DNA of 64,000 bases, taken from IMG/VR virus record IMGVR_UViG_3300009702_000016, positions 32,001 through 96,000 of that record, one strand, 5' to 3'. This stretch comes from a virus. The notes beneath the pieces were generated by a model, which was given only the letters and a program-made list of their open reading frames with translations, had not been told where the DNA came from and did not search any database. Each line of letters begins with the position of its first letter. Position 1 is the stretch's first letter. Position numbers and translations under genes: made by a program. Positions 44,725 to 55,107 of this stretch are shown here, piece after piece.

Positions 44725-47700
44725 GTGCCGAGCAGCGGAGACGGAGAAAACAACAACAGAACGGTAACTGGGCCTTCCGCTCAAAACTTACCGGATCCTG
44801 GAACAGATGCTCAGACTTCTACGGTTGTGTCTCCTGGCTTGCCTGGTGACCCTGCCGCTCCGTCTCCTCCTGCCGTTGTTGATAACACCCCTACTGCTTC
44901 TGGAGACACCCCTCGGCGGACACGTACAGCTGCACAGTTAGAGGCTGAGGATGCTATTCGCGATAGCTCCTCTACGGCAGACTCGGAAGTTGCTAGAGTA
45001 GGACAAGCTCCCCACTATTTTGCTGAGCAGATCCACCAGGCATTTTATCACGAGGCTATTGTCTATATTGAGGGAGAGGATGTAAGCCCATTTCTCGTAG
45101 GCTCCATCTCTGTTTCCTACGGATTTGGAAACGACCCAAATAGTTGTGAGTTATCCCTCGATAATGCGGGTCACAGGTTCACTATCACTCCTGAGAACCT
45201 GAAGGGAGAGTTTAGGCGTACCTCCCCAGTTGAGCAGTTTGGTCCCATAGACTATGATGAGACCGTTAAATCGAACATGTACGCCCGAAAGGGCAGCAGT
45301 GCGATCAATCCAGTAGACCCTGATTCGGGTGGAAGGAGATTCCCACTACATTTGTGGGGTTCGATATTTCACAAGTATGACTCAATTCGAGTGTGGATCC
45401 ATAATCCTGCGTCAGAGAACGATGAGTGGATACCTGTTTTCACTGGGTTTATCGTTTCCAAGCCAACGACTGAGGACTACATCAAGGGACTCAGCGTTGT
45501 CAAGGTAAGCTGTAAGGACATCAGGCATTTGATGCAGAGGATGCGTGTTAATAAGAACACGATGTTGACCACGTACCAGACGACTGGAGCAGGAGCAGAC
45601 CCTACCAACCAAAACAGTATATCAAACCTTAACATGTTCCATACTCGTGACTCAAGAACATCTACTGCTCAGTTCTCAGACTCTTCAAATAGAAGCTTTA
45701 GCGAGGGATTCTTTTCGGATGTCGTTCGGGGGTCTAACTTTGAGAATCCTTGGACGTCACTGACTCTTCCAAACCTCATTGCTACCCTTACTTTCCTCCC
45801 AGAGAGAGCGTCGCAGTCCTTGTTGTCCTCAAGGGATACGGCGGTTCAACACGAAAACAGCACGCAGGATCGTCGGGTCCTTGTGGCCGCTGCTCGTGAA
45901 CTTCAACCTCTGCAGGCAAAGGTGGAAGCAAACGGACTGGATTCCTTGAGTGATACAGAGAGAGAACGGTACAACACTACTTCCTCAGTTCTTACTCAGG
46001 CCTCAGCTTCCACGGGAGATATAGCCAAGATCATAAATGGAACGTTTAGGCCCCACGATCAGAGCGAAGACAATGCTGCCGATACGGCAAATGCTACCAC
46101 AGAGGCTTCCGCGACCACAGGGTCTACCACAGGCAGGACGACTAATATCGCAGACCGTTCGGAGGGAATGTCACATGGGTCTGGACGAATCGGTCGTATG
46201 CGTCCGGGTGTTTTCCCCTGGCGCGGATCTTTGTTTGGGGACCCTCCTCGTCCCTACTATCGTGAGCATAGATTCCCTCAGTCTTCTACTACATCGAGTC
46301 ATAATACGGGGTACTATGCTGCAGTAGCTGAGCACATGGAGAAATGGTACAACCTGTGTTTCTTCAGTACTCCCCTTCGTCACGATTCCAGTCTTCTTAG
46401 CCTGGAGTATGTACCATTCTCCTCCACCCCGACTCAAACAGGGGTGTCTGTATCAGATTCGGCTCCTGACTATTCCGCAGAAAACAGGAGATACTGGACA
46501 GAGTCGGAGGTTCGTGCTGCAGGCATGAGAATCACTCGGGAAGGTGCCTGGCACCCTTCAGCGCAGGCGGTCCACTTTTTGTCTCCAGGTACTTCCACCC
46601 CAGCAGAGATGTTGTGGGACCAGAAGGTTATTTCGAGCACGCCGACCTCTCAGAACCCTAACTGGTCCAACCGCTTAGCAATTTTGTCGGAGGCTTGCAA
46701 AACAGCCGACTACCGTTTCTGGGTTAGTGGTGCCGGGGACCTCATATTTGAGTTTGCACAGTACGATTTCTCTCCTAAAGACTATGGTGCGTGGGAGAAT
46801 GTACTTACTTTGGACCATCATCTTAAGAATGAGTCTCTGGATGATGAGGGAGGAGAGATTAAGACAGGAATGTCCGTTACTGGATCTATAACTCAGCATG
46901 CATCCATTGACGAATCAGGAATAACTACCCTTCATCCCATTACTACAGTAGGTGTGTGGAGTCCAAATCTTGCGAGTAGGCTCGGTATTGATATTGCTGT
47001 TCGCTCTTATCCACAAATCAATGACCCAAATCGGTTGGAGCAGATTGCTACATTGGAGTTTCAAAAAGCTCTTGCTGTTGCTGACAAGTATTCGATATCG
47101 TTGGCATTTAGGCCTTGGGTTATTCTAAACCGACCAATCTTCAATAGCTATAGAGCCCGTTACGCTTTAGTAGACGGTGTTCGGTGGACGTATCCGGTCA
47201 CTGCTGGTGAGATGGCGGGCCACACGGCACCTACGATGCAGCTTTCCCTAAACTACACCCGGAGTTTAGATGAAGTAGGGGTTCCTCGGTACATTACGGG
47301 TGGTCCTTCCAACGCCATGTACTTTGCTCGTCCTGCGAATAGTTCGGCATCCCGTAACTACCTTACCTCAACAACAGCTAGACTTAGAACTTTTGCTTCG
47401 GCACTTCACACTATTTCTACAACGGGGGAACTGACACAACAGCAGCGGGACGTTCTTCGTGACCGCTATCGTGCTGTATTCCCAGCAGGCCAGAACGTCT
47501 ACAATGTTGTCTCTTCTCTGCTTCTTACGTCTGGAACACAGCCCCCAGGAGAGGAGGACCCCCGAATCACAGCTCTCCGTAGCATAGAAGCAGACATTGA
47601 GGAGCTTACACAGCACCCCGGAGCCTTTACTGAGCAAGAGACTCTAGCTCGTTTGCAGGACTTGGAGTCAAGGTCTTCTGCCCTTGCTCGTAGCCTGGAG

Positions 47701-49842
47701 GAGGATGAGCCCACCGGGTCTTACTCGGATCAAACCTCTGCGGGTACCATGCCTGTTTTTGGAAGGTCTGGTATCCGATCTACCTTACGTCGAGGTAGCA
47801 GGCCCTCGCAAACATCAGTACAGTCTTCTAGCTCCGATACGACTAATCCTTGCAACTTAGGACCTGAGGACTTGTTTAGCTCTCCTCTTGGACCTGCACA
47901 AGAAAACGTGTTTAGGGGAAGGTCTCGTACCTCCTTGTCTGGTCGTTTTGCTGACACTGAACCCTCTGGTGTTCCCACGTCCGCTTCTGTAGCAGAGTTC
48001 AAAGAAGGATTTCCTCGTTACGCGATAGGGGTGTACGATCTCAGAGTAGAAGGATCAATCCAGCAGTGGCATAGAGGTGTCGACATACAGACTGTTCCTG
48101 GTGCAGATGTTTTCTCCGTAGCGAACGGTGTGGTAATCCATATTAAGTCACAGTTTGCTCCCGTACCCTCCAGGGGTCAGTTCAGTGGTCAGAGAGGGTT
48201 GGACCCTCAGATGGCCATCTACATCATCCACAGATATGGATATGTAACGGTGTACAGGCATCTTGACCCATCTTCTATCTTGGTATCTCCAGGTGAGGTA
48301 GTTGGAAGAAATCAGCCGATTGGAAAAGTTGGCCTTTCTGGCGCTGAGAGGATGTTTAAGCCTACTCATCTTCACTTTGAAACATGTGCTGTGTTCGGCT
48401 CTGATGTGTTCGAAAAGTATGTGTCCACTGCTATAACAGATGACCCATCTAAGCGGTTTCGACTTGTTCGTCAGAGTGAGATAAGAGCACTTGGGGCTTC
48501 GTCCAGAACGGCTGTCGAGGCCCTCACAGTTGGAACTTCTACCGGAGGAAGCACTATCACTGCTCGTGATCGTGGTAGTCTTAGAGTTATGTACAACGCA
48601 GGCTTTACTGTTGGGGCTTTGCGTGACGAGAGTGCTTCCGGCTTAGACCTTGACTTTCTTAGAGCGTCGGATGGTACGTATCGTGTTCGAAGTACCCAGT
48701 TGCTTACTTGGAGTCCCCTTCCTTCTAAGTTCCCTTTTTCTCGTGCAGACTCTCCAAGTAGACCCTACGGTCCCCGTGGGAGCGATAAGGAGTTGATGAG
48801 TCTTAGCGAATACAGGGATCGATTTTCTCTGAAGGGAATACCCGGACTTAACATAGTTGCTCAATCTGGGTCGCAAGAACCTGTTCCCGTTCCTGAGATA
48901 TCGACTTCCGGATCTTCCTCTGCTACTCGTGCAGCGGAGAGACGAAGGGCTAGAGCGATTCGGACTAATGAGAGAATTCAGCAGCATCAGCAAGCACATC
49001 AAGAGGATCTCGACCAGCAAAAGGCACTGTTTTCTGACGCGGTACCGCCTAATGACTGCCCTCCCGGGTCCTTTACTAACTCAGAGCTTGCAGACGACCT
49101 TTCTGAGCCTCCTATCCTGGAGATAAGTCTAAAGGCGTTCTGGGGCAAGTCATTGTACATTCGAGGAAGAAACTTCTACACTGAGGGAGATTACATCACC
49201 CCCTCAAAGAGTAGTGGGTTCTCCACCTTGTATCTCAGCCCTGCCGTGGGACACAGCAGGGAAGACGCCGATAACGTTTTAAGAGAAGGACTGAAGGTAG
49301 GTTGGTGGGTAGGACAGTCCGAGATGGTTCCCGGTACCTATGTTGAAGCCATAAATAGGCGTGTCGCCATTGCGAACCCGAAGGAGCCGTTCGTTATCAA
49401 CTGGGAGAGAGCGCCTGAGTGGTCAGAGGAGAGCGACAGGTTGGCCTTGTACGACTTCTTGCTAGACTTGGCTAAGACCTATCCTGTTGGGATATCTACT
49501 CTTGACCGCTATAGATACAGAAATGAGGCAGCAACTCACCTTTCTGGAAAGGTGGTTTACATGCCAGAGCAATACAGCCTAGGGACTGGCCATACCACAG
49601 GTGATCCTGCAACAGACGCGGCCAACCGGGCTACCTCGCGGGCTGCTCTCGCAGATAAATGGGGAGGACCCTCGTTGGTTATACCTACAGTTGCTGGGTA
49701 TAGAAGAGACGACGCGGAAATGTTTTTGGACTACTTGAAGACCTTCAGTTCACTTAAGGGGTCTCTTGTGTGGGATACCCGCTTCACCCGTACCAAGGCG
49801 AGAAGTTACTCCCTTTGGCCTATAGCAGGAGAGCCAATATGA
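44725..49842 (+). CDS. Baseplate hub / tail-associated lysin with M23 peptidase (1705 aa)
   Basis: Hub-like IVYIEGEDVSPFL...PVFTGFI...VSCKD...FWVSGAGDLIF. M23 motifs HRGVD (~48070), YRHL, QPIGKVGLSG and HLHFE (~48367). Confidence 0.8.
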   Translation: MPSSGDGENNNRTVTGPSAQNLPDPGTDAQTSTVVSPGLPGDPAAPSPPAVVDNTPTASGDTPRRTRTAAQLEAEDAIRDSSSTADSEVARVGQAPHYFAEQIHQAFYHEAIVYIEGEDVSPFLVGSISVSYGFGNDPNSCELSLDNAGHRFTITPENLKGEFRRTSPVEQFGPIDYDETVKSNMYARKGSSAINPVDPDSGGRRFPLHLWGSIFHKYDSIRVWIHNPASENDEWIPVFTGFIVSKPTTEDYIKGLSVVKVSCKDIRHLMQRMRVNKNTMLTTYQTTGAGADPTNQNSISNLNMFHTRDSRTSTAQFSDSSNRSFSEGFFSDVVRGSNFENPWTSLTLPNLIATLTFLPERASQSLLSSRDTAVQHENSTQDRRVLVAAARELQPLQAKVEANGLDSLSDTERERYNTTSSVLTQASASTGDIAKIINGTFRPHDQSEDNAADTANATTEASATTGSTTGRTTNIADRSEGMSHGSGRIGRMRPGVFPWRGSLFGDPPRPYYREHRFPQSSTTSSHNTGYYAAVAEHMEKWYNLCFFSTPLRHDSSLLSLEYVPFSSTPTQTGVSVSDSAPDYSAENRRYWTESEVRAAGMRITREGAWHPSAQAVHFLSPGTSTPAEMLWDQKVISSTPTSQNPNWSNRLAILSEACKTADYRFWVSGAGDLIFEFAQYDFSPKDYGAWENVLTLDHHLKNESLDDEGGEIKTGMSVTGSITQHASIDESGITTLHPITTVGVWSPNLASRLGIDIAVRSYPQINDPNRLEQIATLEFQKALAVADKYSISLAFRPWVILNRPIFNSYRARYALVDGVRWTYPVTAGEMAGHTAPTMQLSLNYTRSLDEVGVPRYITGGPSNAMYFARPANSSASRNYLTSTTARLRTFASALHTISTTGELTQQQRDVLRDRYRAVFPAGQNVYNVVSSLLLTSGTQPPGEEDPRITALRSIEADIEELTQHPGAFTEQETLARLQDLESRSSALARSLEEDEPTGSYSDQTSAGTMPVFGRSGIRSTLRRGSRPSQTSVQSSSSDTTNPCNLGPEDLFSSPLGPAQENVFRGRSRTSLSGRFADTEPSGVPTSASVAEFKEGFPRYAIGVYDLRVEGSIQQWHRGVDIQTVPGADVFSVANGVVIHIKSQFAPVPSRGQFSGQRGLDPQMAIYIIHRYGYVTVYRHLDPSSILVSPGEVVGRNQPIGKVGLSGAERMFKPTHLHFETCAVFGSDVFEKYVSTAITDDPSKRFRLVRQSEIRALGASSRTAVEALTVGTSTGGSTITARDRGSLRVMYNAGFTVGALRDESASGLDLDFLRASDGTYRVRSTQLLTWSPLPSKFPFSRADSPSRPYGPRGSDKELMSLSEYRDRFSLKGIPGLNIVAQSGSQEPVPVPEISTSGSSSATRAAERRRARAIRTNERIQQHQQAHQEDLDQQKALFSDAVPPNDCPPGSFTNSELADDLSEPPILEISLKAFWGKSLYIRGRNFYTEGDYITPSKSSGFSTLYLSPAVGHSREDADNVLREGLKVGWWVGQSEMVPGTYVEAINRRVAIANPKEPFVINWERAPEWSEESDRLALYDFLLDLAKTYPVGISTLDRYRYRNEAATHLSGKVVYMPEQYSLGTGHTTGDPATDAANRATSRAALADKWGGPSLVIPTVAGYRRDDAEMFLDYLKTFSSLKGSLVWDTRFTRTKARSYSLWPIAGEPI

Positions 49843-50984
49843 GTACAGTAGGTAGAGCCTATCAGCAGAGAGACATAACTTCCCAAGACGAGTCTCAGTA
49901 CGCCTCTCGGCCCATGGGTGCAGTCGTTGTATCGTCAAATCCTGAACGGGATACTATGACGTATACCTCGGCTACTGGAGGCAGGCAGATGCCTGTTTCC
50001 CACCCGTACCTTGGTCCTAATAGTTGGCTGCGAATTATGCCCGAGCGGAGAACTGGGATAATTCTGGACACGAGGGCAGAGACTGGAGATACTTACACTA
50101 CCGCATACATCACCGAGGATAGTGCTGCTTCACGTATTTCAGCGACTTATGGAGACGACCCAAGGTTTTACTACCGACGTCTCCAGGAGTCTGAGATCGA
50201 TATCACGAGCAAGGGCCTAGCTTCCGCTCATTTCGGAAAGACGGGGACCTTGTCTCTTCGTGGCGGCCCTATGACACAGACCTTTGACGTAGAAAACTTG
50301 GAGGTGGACGCCAATTCCCCTACCTTTGTATACAGAACCTTCGGAAATGCTGTAGGATCCGTATCGAATGAGGTCAGATTTGGACTTTCGAAGAGGTTTT
50401 CCTCCGACTCTGACCCTTCTCCTCGCTGGGTTCAGGTGCAGGATCAAGAGGGTACCTCTATTTTTGCAAAGGAGTACATAAGGAACATCGGAAGTCAGAG
50501 TTCTGCTTCCCCTATGCTCATTGACCATCGGGAGGGGAACGTAATACTGGACGATGGTACGGAAGAGACATCTCCCATCACTGGAAAAACCTTACGAAGC
50601 CATACAAGGTACGGAACAGTGAACTCTGAGGAGGCTTCTTTGGAGGTCGACACTGAGGGAAACATGGCGATGTTTATACCGGATCGGGCTTCTCACGGAT
50701 TGGATCTCACAATAGTGAACTCTGATTTAAGGATTTCGGTAGGAAAGGATGAGCTTCATAGTGTTGAGAGAAACTCCGTGCTTGAATCAGGTAGTAGGAT
50801 GGAGCTTGAGTCCCCAGAAATTGATCTAGGAAGAAACGCAGAGATGCCTGCCGTTAGAGGAACTGACCTTAAGAATTGGGTCAGAAACGCCGTTGTTCAG
50901 ACAGCCATGGGACCCGCTAACTTTTCCGTTGTTACTCAGGAGAACATTGTGGATGCTTTCAGCACTAAGGTTTATGTGGAGTGA
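49839..50984 (+). CDS. Baseplate central spike (gpV/gp5-like)
   Basis: ATGA overlap at 49839. N-terminal OB-like region with PYLGPNSWLRIMPE, beta-repeat region and C-terminal IDLG...PAVRGTDL...TAMGP. Confidence 0.6.
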   Translation: MSTVGRAYQQRDITSQDESQYASRPMGAVVVSSNPERDTMTYTSATGGRQMPVSHPYLGPNSWLRIMPERRTGIILDTRAETGDTYTTAYITEDSAASRISATYGDDPRFYYRRLQESEIDITSKGLASAHFGKTGTLSLRGGPMTQTFDVENLEVDANSPTFVYRTFGNAVGSVSNEVRFGLSKRFSSDSDPSPRWVQVQDQEGTSIFAKEYIRNIGSQSSASPMLIDHREGNVILDDGTEETSPITGKTLRSHTRYGTVNSEEASLEVDTEGNMAMFIPDRASHGLDLTIVNSDLRISVGKDELHSVERNSVLESGSRMELESPEIDLGRNAEMPAVRGTDLKNWVRNAVVQTAMGPANFSVVTQENIVDAFSTKVYVE

Positions 50985-50986
50985 TC

Positions 50987-51460
50987 ATGGCTCTTGTGGT
51001 TAGTTCCTTGATTTCGGATTTGGAGGATTTGTTTTCCGATCCTCCATCGACTTTTGAAGGGTGTGCTACGGCCTGGGCCTCTAGCATGGCAGACTACTCC
51101 GCTCTTTTGACTCCACCCCTCTTGGCGCCTCCTGTCTCGGCTCAAGCTGTTATGGAAGTAGAACTGACTTCCGCATTCGCCTCTGCTGCGGGAGCAGGTA
51201 GAGAGGCAGCAGCAGAAAGCCTGGAGGTTGTCTGGAGGACCTTTGCTGTATCTTTGGGAGCATTGATCGCTCCTCCCTTCTCCTCCTCCCCTGCTCAAGT
51301 TCCCCCTCTAAATGTTGGGTTTCTTGAGTTATTTACCCGTGACTCTAGTGCGGCCACGCATCACAGTTCGGCTGACGACGTAGCAAGAAAGATTCACGCT
51401 TGGATGCTCACTGGGACCTCGACTAATACTTCGTCGGGGGCCACAGTTCCTTGGTCCTAG
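50987..51460 (+). CDS. Baseplate-associated protein
   Basis: Follows the spike gene; GGAG RBS; ends TGT...VPWS. Confidence 0.6.
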   Translation: MALVVSSLISDLEDLFSDPPSTFEGCATAWASSMADYSALLTPPLLAPPVSAQAVMEVELTSAFASAAGAGREAAAESLEVVWRTFAVSLGALIAPPFSSSPAQVPPLNVGFLELFTRDSSAATHHSSADDVARKIHAWMLTGTSTNTSSGATVPWS

Positions 51461-51464
51461 CTTC

Positions 51465-51470
51465 TTATCT
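51465..51470 (+). promoter_or_regulatory. Candidate late promoter element TTATCT
   Basis: Lies in the 27-bp gap before 51488. Confidence 0.45.
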
Positions 51471-51487
51471 CTGTGTAGAGGACTCTA

Positions 51488-52174
51488 ATGGCTATTAATA
51501 CCAAACCCAACACTCAGAACTCCCAGAATGTCCAGACTCTGTCAACGACTGTAGAACTGGGATCTACCCAGGCCGTGGCTGAAGGAAACTTTGATCCTTT
51601 AACCTTGCAGCAGGCCATCATTGCTAATGTAAGAGCACGTCAGGATGTTCCTATTCTTGAAACAGGAGCTAACTATTCTGAGGTTGTTCTTGCTTGGAGC
51701 GAGGCGTTTGGGACTGTTCAGAACGCCGTCAACTCCGAGCTTTATGCTAATACTGATGCCTTGGCGAATATCATTAGTGACCTTGGCGGCGCAGGGAGCG
51801 GCTCTGTATCCGCTCCGACTCTTTTGTTTGACATCATTGGCCCCGTTGTGGTTGGGTCTTTGGTATATCAGAACGGAAACAACGCTGTTTCTCTTGTTGA
51901 CTCCACCTCCGCCGCTCTGGGTCCTGCGATAGGCATTGTAGTTGAACTGCCTACAGCTTCCACAGCCCGTGTTCAGGACGTCGGAAGTGTCATCTACGTA
52001 GCAGGATCCTTCCCGTTCCTTCCCCTCGTACCCGACTCTACGTATTATGTAGGAACAGGAGGAGAAATAACATTAGCTCCAAACCCTTCTCCTGGTGGAT
52101 ACATTCAGGAGATTGGGTATTCAAAGACAGATTTAGAGCTTGTATTGAACATACAAGAGCTTACCCTAGTCTAG
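51488..52174 (+). CDS. Virion structural protein with cement-like C-terminal domain
   Basis: GSLVY...AIGIV...LVPDSTYYVGTGGEIT...YIQEIGYSK pattern; GAGG RBS. Confidence 0.55.
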   Translation: MAINTKPNTQNSQNVQTLSTTVELGSTQAVAEGNFDPLTLQQAIIANVRARQDVPILETGANYSEVVLAWSEAFGTVQNAVNSELYANTDALANIISDLGGAGSGSVSAPTLLFDIIGPVVVGSLVYQNGNNAVSLVDSTSAALGPAIGIVVELPTASTARVQDVGSVIYVAGSFPFLPLVPDSTYYVGTGGEITLAPNPSPGGYIQEIGYSKTDLELVLNIQELTLV

Positions 52175-52181
52175 TTCCATA

Positions 52182-54050
52182 ATGTCAATATCAACCTTAC
52201 GCTGTCAGACTGACCCCAGCATTGACTCTGCGCTCGCTTCTTACCAGGATTCGTTAGGCGAGCAGATTATCCAATTTCGTTCTGCTCTGGCTACTCTTAG
52301 TTTGACTGCAGATGCAATGGAGGAAGAGTTCTCTGGCCCTCTACGTAGCGCTCTCGGGGCGGTTCTCGCTTCTGGAGATTCTTCTTTGGATGAGTTTCTT
52401 GATCTGTCCGGTATCCCCCAAGGGGATACCCCGGACGACCTAGAACGTGCTTTTGACGAGCGTTATGGTATCACTATCGTCGATGGTAGGCTAATTTTAG
52501 ACGGGGACGTCGATGTCTCTTCTATAAAGACTCTTGCCCGAATGCTTGGTGGACTGTCTGGGATCTATGACAAGTTTCCGTTTCTAGGTGACCATCCTGT
52601 GGATGATGATTTAGGATCAAGCTCGTTTGTGGAGGCTCCATCCTTCCCGATTCAGCTTTTAGTCGTATTTTCTCGTCATATTTCATCGACAATACCTGAG
52701 ACATTTCCTCCTGTATCATTTACTGATGAGGAAGTACTAGGGGTGGATGTAAGTCTATCCTCTATTCTAGATCTTCCGGGGGTAGTTGAGTCGGAAGTAA
52801 TAACCAACGTGTTCTGGCTTGGTCAATCCTCTCCCGTCGCCTCTGCTCGTCGAAAGATGCGATCCCTAGGACTTCCTGGAAGCTATTTTGTGGATGCTGT
52901 TTCCGGCTCCTCTTCTTCCTCTTTGGTTGTTAATACGATCCCAAACCCACTAGATATACCAAGATTTTCTGCGGCTTTTGGAAGCTCTGCTGATGCCGTT
53001 CTGCAGAGAGTTACTCGTCCATTATCCCTGTTTCCTGATCCTTCCGATGCCGCCGAAGCGATTACCCGCTTCATCCAAAGGTCAACCCCAGGAGGAGCGG
53101 GATCTTCTGGTGTTCAGGACTTCTCCTCTCCCACCTCGGCCTTGATGTCTGTACTTGATATTGGAAAAACGTTCAATATCGACGAGTTCTCAGACTCCCT
53201 AGGGGTTTCGACGGATCCTGACAATCTCCCTGCTACTCAGTTTGCTGAAGGGATAAGTAAGTCCATAAAGACTAACCTTGCGGTGTCGAATGCGATGATG
53301 GCTGAGTTTCAGTCCGCTGTGTCTGGTCCACTCAACTCCATGTTATCCCTACAAAGTGTAGCGAACTCTCTCCTCAATGACCCTTCTGGTCAGGTTATGA
53401 ATTGTGTCCTCGGGGCGGGTTTCTCCCCTTCTTTCGACTACGGGGTTCCTGGCGTTCCCTCCATTGGAGCAGGAACTCCAGGTATACCAGGAGTTACTAC
53501 TGCAAGCGCTTTAGAGTCTGCACTTAGTACTATTGAGAACAAGGTAGACTTTGCTTTGTCATTTTTGGACGGAGTGTCTGGTGTTACTGGGGCCTTGCAG
53601 GGAGTTTCGTGTACTGGATCTTTTCTGTCTGGATCGAACTCCCTGACCCCTTCTCTTCCTAGCTTCATGCCCTGCGCTGCGGAGAGACAGGAAGACCTTG
53701 GCTTCTCTTTGCCTCCTTTTCATGCTGACTCTTTGGGTGTTGCCAAGATCATAACTGATACTCTAACTTCTGTGGCTTCCTCGTTTCGTTTGAATATTAG
53801 GATGATGAAGATGCAGATGGTGTCAATGCGTTCTTCTATTCGGGATACTGTATTTCTACGAGGAAGTAGTGGAAGTACGTCTCTTCCTGGTATTCCTGAT
53901 GTTCCTGGATTGCCAGGTATCCCGGACATCCCTGCCTCTCCTAGCCTTCCTGGCGGTAGCCTTCCTGGGGGCGGCTGTGCTGCTCCTGCAGCGTCGCTTT
54001 TGTCCTCTCTTCTGCGCCAACGCTCCCTTGAGGGCTTTACTCCAACATAG
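52182..54050 (+). CDS. Hypothetical Ser-rich baseplate-cluster protein (622 aa)
   Basis: Long ORF with PG[IVL] repeats. Confidence 0.7.
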   Translation: MSISTLRCQTDPSIDSALASYQDSLGEQIIQFRSALATLSLTADAMEEEFSGPLRSALGAVLASGDSSLDEFLDLSGIPQGDTPDDLERAFDERYGITIVDGRLILDGDVDVSSIKTLARMLGGLSGIYDKFPFLGDHPVDDDLGSSSFVEAPSFPIQLLVVFSRHISSTIPETFPPVSFTDEEVLGVDVSLSSILDLPGVVESEVITNVFWLGQSSPVASARRKMRSLGLPGSYFVDAVSGSSSSSLVVNTIPNPLDIPRFSAAFGSSADAVLQRVTRPLSLFPDPSDAAEAITRFIQRSTPGGAGSSGVQDFSSPTSALMSVLDIGKTFNIDEFSDSLGVSTDPDNLPATQFAEGISKSIKTNLAVSNAMMAEFQSAVSGPLNSMLSLQSVANSLLNDPSGQVMNCVLGAGFSPSFDYGVPGVPSIGAGTPGIPGVTTASALESALSTIENKVDFALSFLDGVSGVTGALQGVSCTGSFLSGSNSLTPSLPSFMPCAAERQEDLGFSLPPFHADSLGVAKIITDTLTSVASSFRLNIRMMKMQMVSMRSSIRDTVFLRGSSGSTSLPGIPDVPGLPGIPDIPASPSLPGGSLPGGGCAAPAASLLSSLLRQRSLEGFTPT

Positions 54051-54062
54051 GGATTTTGATTT

Positions 54063-54611
54063 ATGCGACGTCTTACTCTAGATGAAGTAACAAAGGTATC
54101 GGATAGGTCTCGTGGGGAATCCAGACCTGAGTTTTTCGATTCCTCTGTTCGCGAGTCTGTTCAGATTTCTGAGGACTTTGAGACTTATCTGATTTTGGCC
54201 ACTTCTCAGGTCAAGGAAGATGTATCAAGCCTATTTCAAGTTGTCATTGATAATGATCCTAACCAGGCAGGATTGCGCTCTACAGTTTTGTCTTCCTTTT
54301 TGGAGAACGATTCCAACAACGAAATAGAGAAGAAGCGGAAGTTTTCCAATCTGACCTCTCTTTATGACTCTGTTCGCTCTGAGTTTGCTTCGTCAATTGA
54401 GGGGTTTGAGGACATACGAGAGACTTCCTTACTCCAAGAGGCACTAACTTCTTCCTTGTCTGGAATCGTTGCAGCTCGTGATCGCCATGAGTTTAACAAC
54501 TCTGTTAACCAGGTATTGAAGAGAAGAGATAGTGCTTCCGGGTTATCTGAGTCTGTGACTGAGGCTCAATCTTGGGTAAGAGTCCTCGCAGAGTACGAGA
54601 GCGATGTCTAG
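54063..54611 (+). CDS. Hypothetical helical protein (182 aa)
   Basis: Operon context. Confidence 0.7.
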   Translation: MRRLTLDEVTKVSDRSRGESRPEFFDSSVRESVQISEDFETYLILATSQVKEDVSSLFQVVIDNDPNQAGLRSTVLSSFLENDSNNEIEKKRKFSNLTSLYDSVRSEFASSIEGFEDIRETSLLQEALTSSLSGIVAARDRHEFNNSVNQVLKRRDSASGLSESVTEAQSWVRVLAEYESDV

Positions 54612-55104
54612 GACAGTTAAAAAGAGAGACGGAGATATTGTATTCAATCTGAGCAACGGGCGTCAACCTCTTATCACGGGAGTCGAGAAGCTGACTCAGG
54701 ATGCCGCTGACGCCTTGATGACGGAATATGATCCCAGTCGCGCCTTTGGTAGTCAGGCAGCAACTCTGGATGCAGTTAATGAGAGGAACTTGTCTGGTTC
54801 CATCGGTACACTAAACCGAGGTCTGATAAAGTCGTTCACCCGAGAGGCTCTGGAGAGGCTTAGTGCCCTTCAGCACTTACGAGGAGATAATGCTGACCCC
54901 TTTGAGACAATCAAAACTATAGGAACCATTAGAGTAATTCAGTTTTCAAAGACCGGCTATATGTCTTTCGTCAATATTGAGCCTGAGGCCGGTCCTGTCG
55001 TCGACACTTCGACTTTCTTGGTTCAGCTTCGTCATCAGTTCCTATCTTCCAGTAAGCCGAACCTTCCAGGGTCGGTGGTTACCGATGACGTTTCTCCCGT
55101 TTAA
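54604..55104 (+). CDS. Baseplate wedge / sheath initiator (gp25-like)
   Basis: DGDIVF..GR..LITGVEKLTQD...FGS; directly upstream of baseplate J. Confidence 0.7.
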   Translation: MSRTVKKRDGDIVFNLSNGRQPLITGVEKLTQDAADALMTEYDPSRAFGSQAATLDAVNERNLSGSIGTLNRGLIKSFTREALERLSALQHLRGDNADPFETIKTIGTIRVIQFSKTGYMSFVNIEPEAGPVVDTSTFLVQLRHQFLSSSKPNLPGSVVTDDVSPV

Positions 55105-55107
55105 TCT

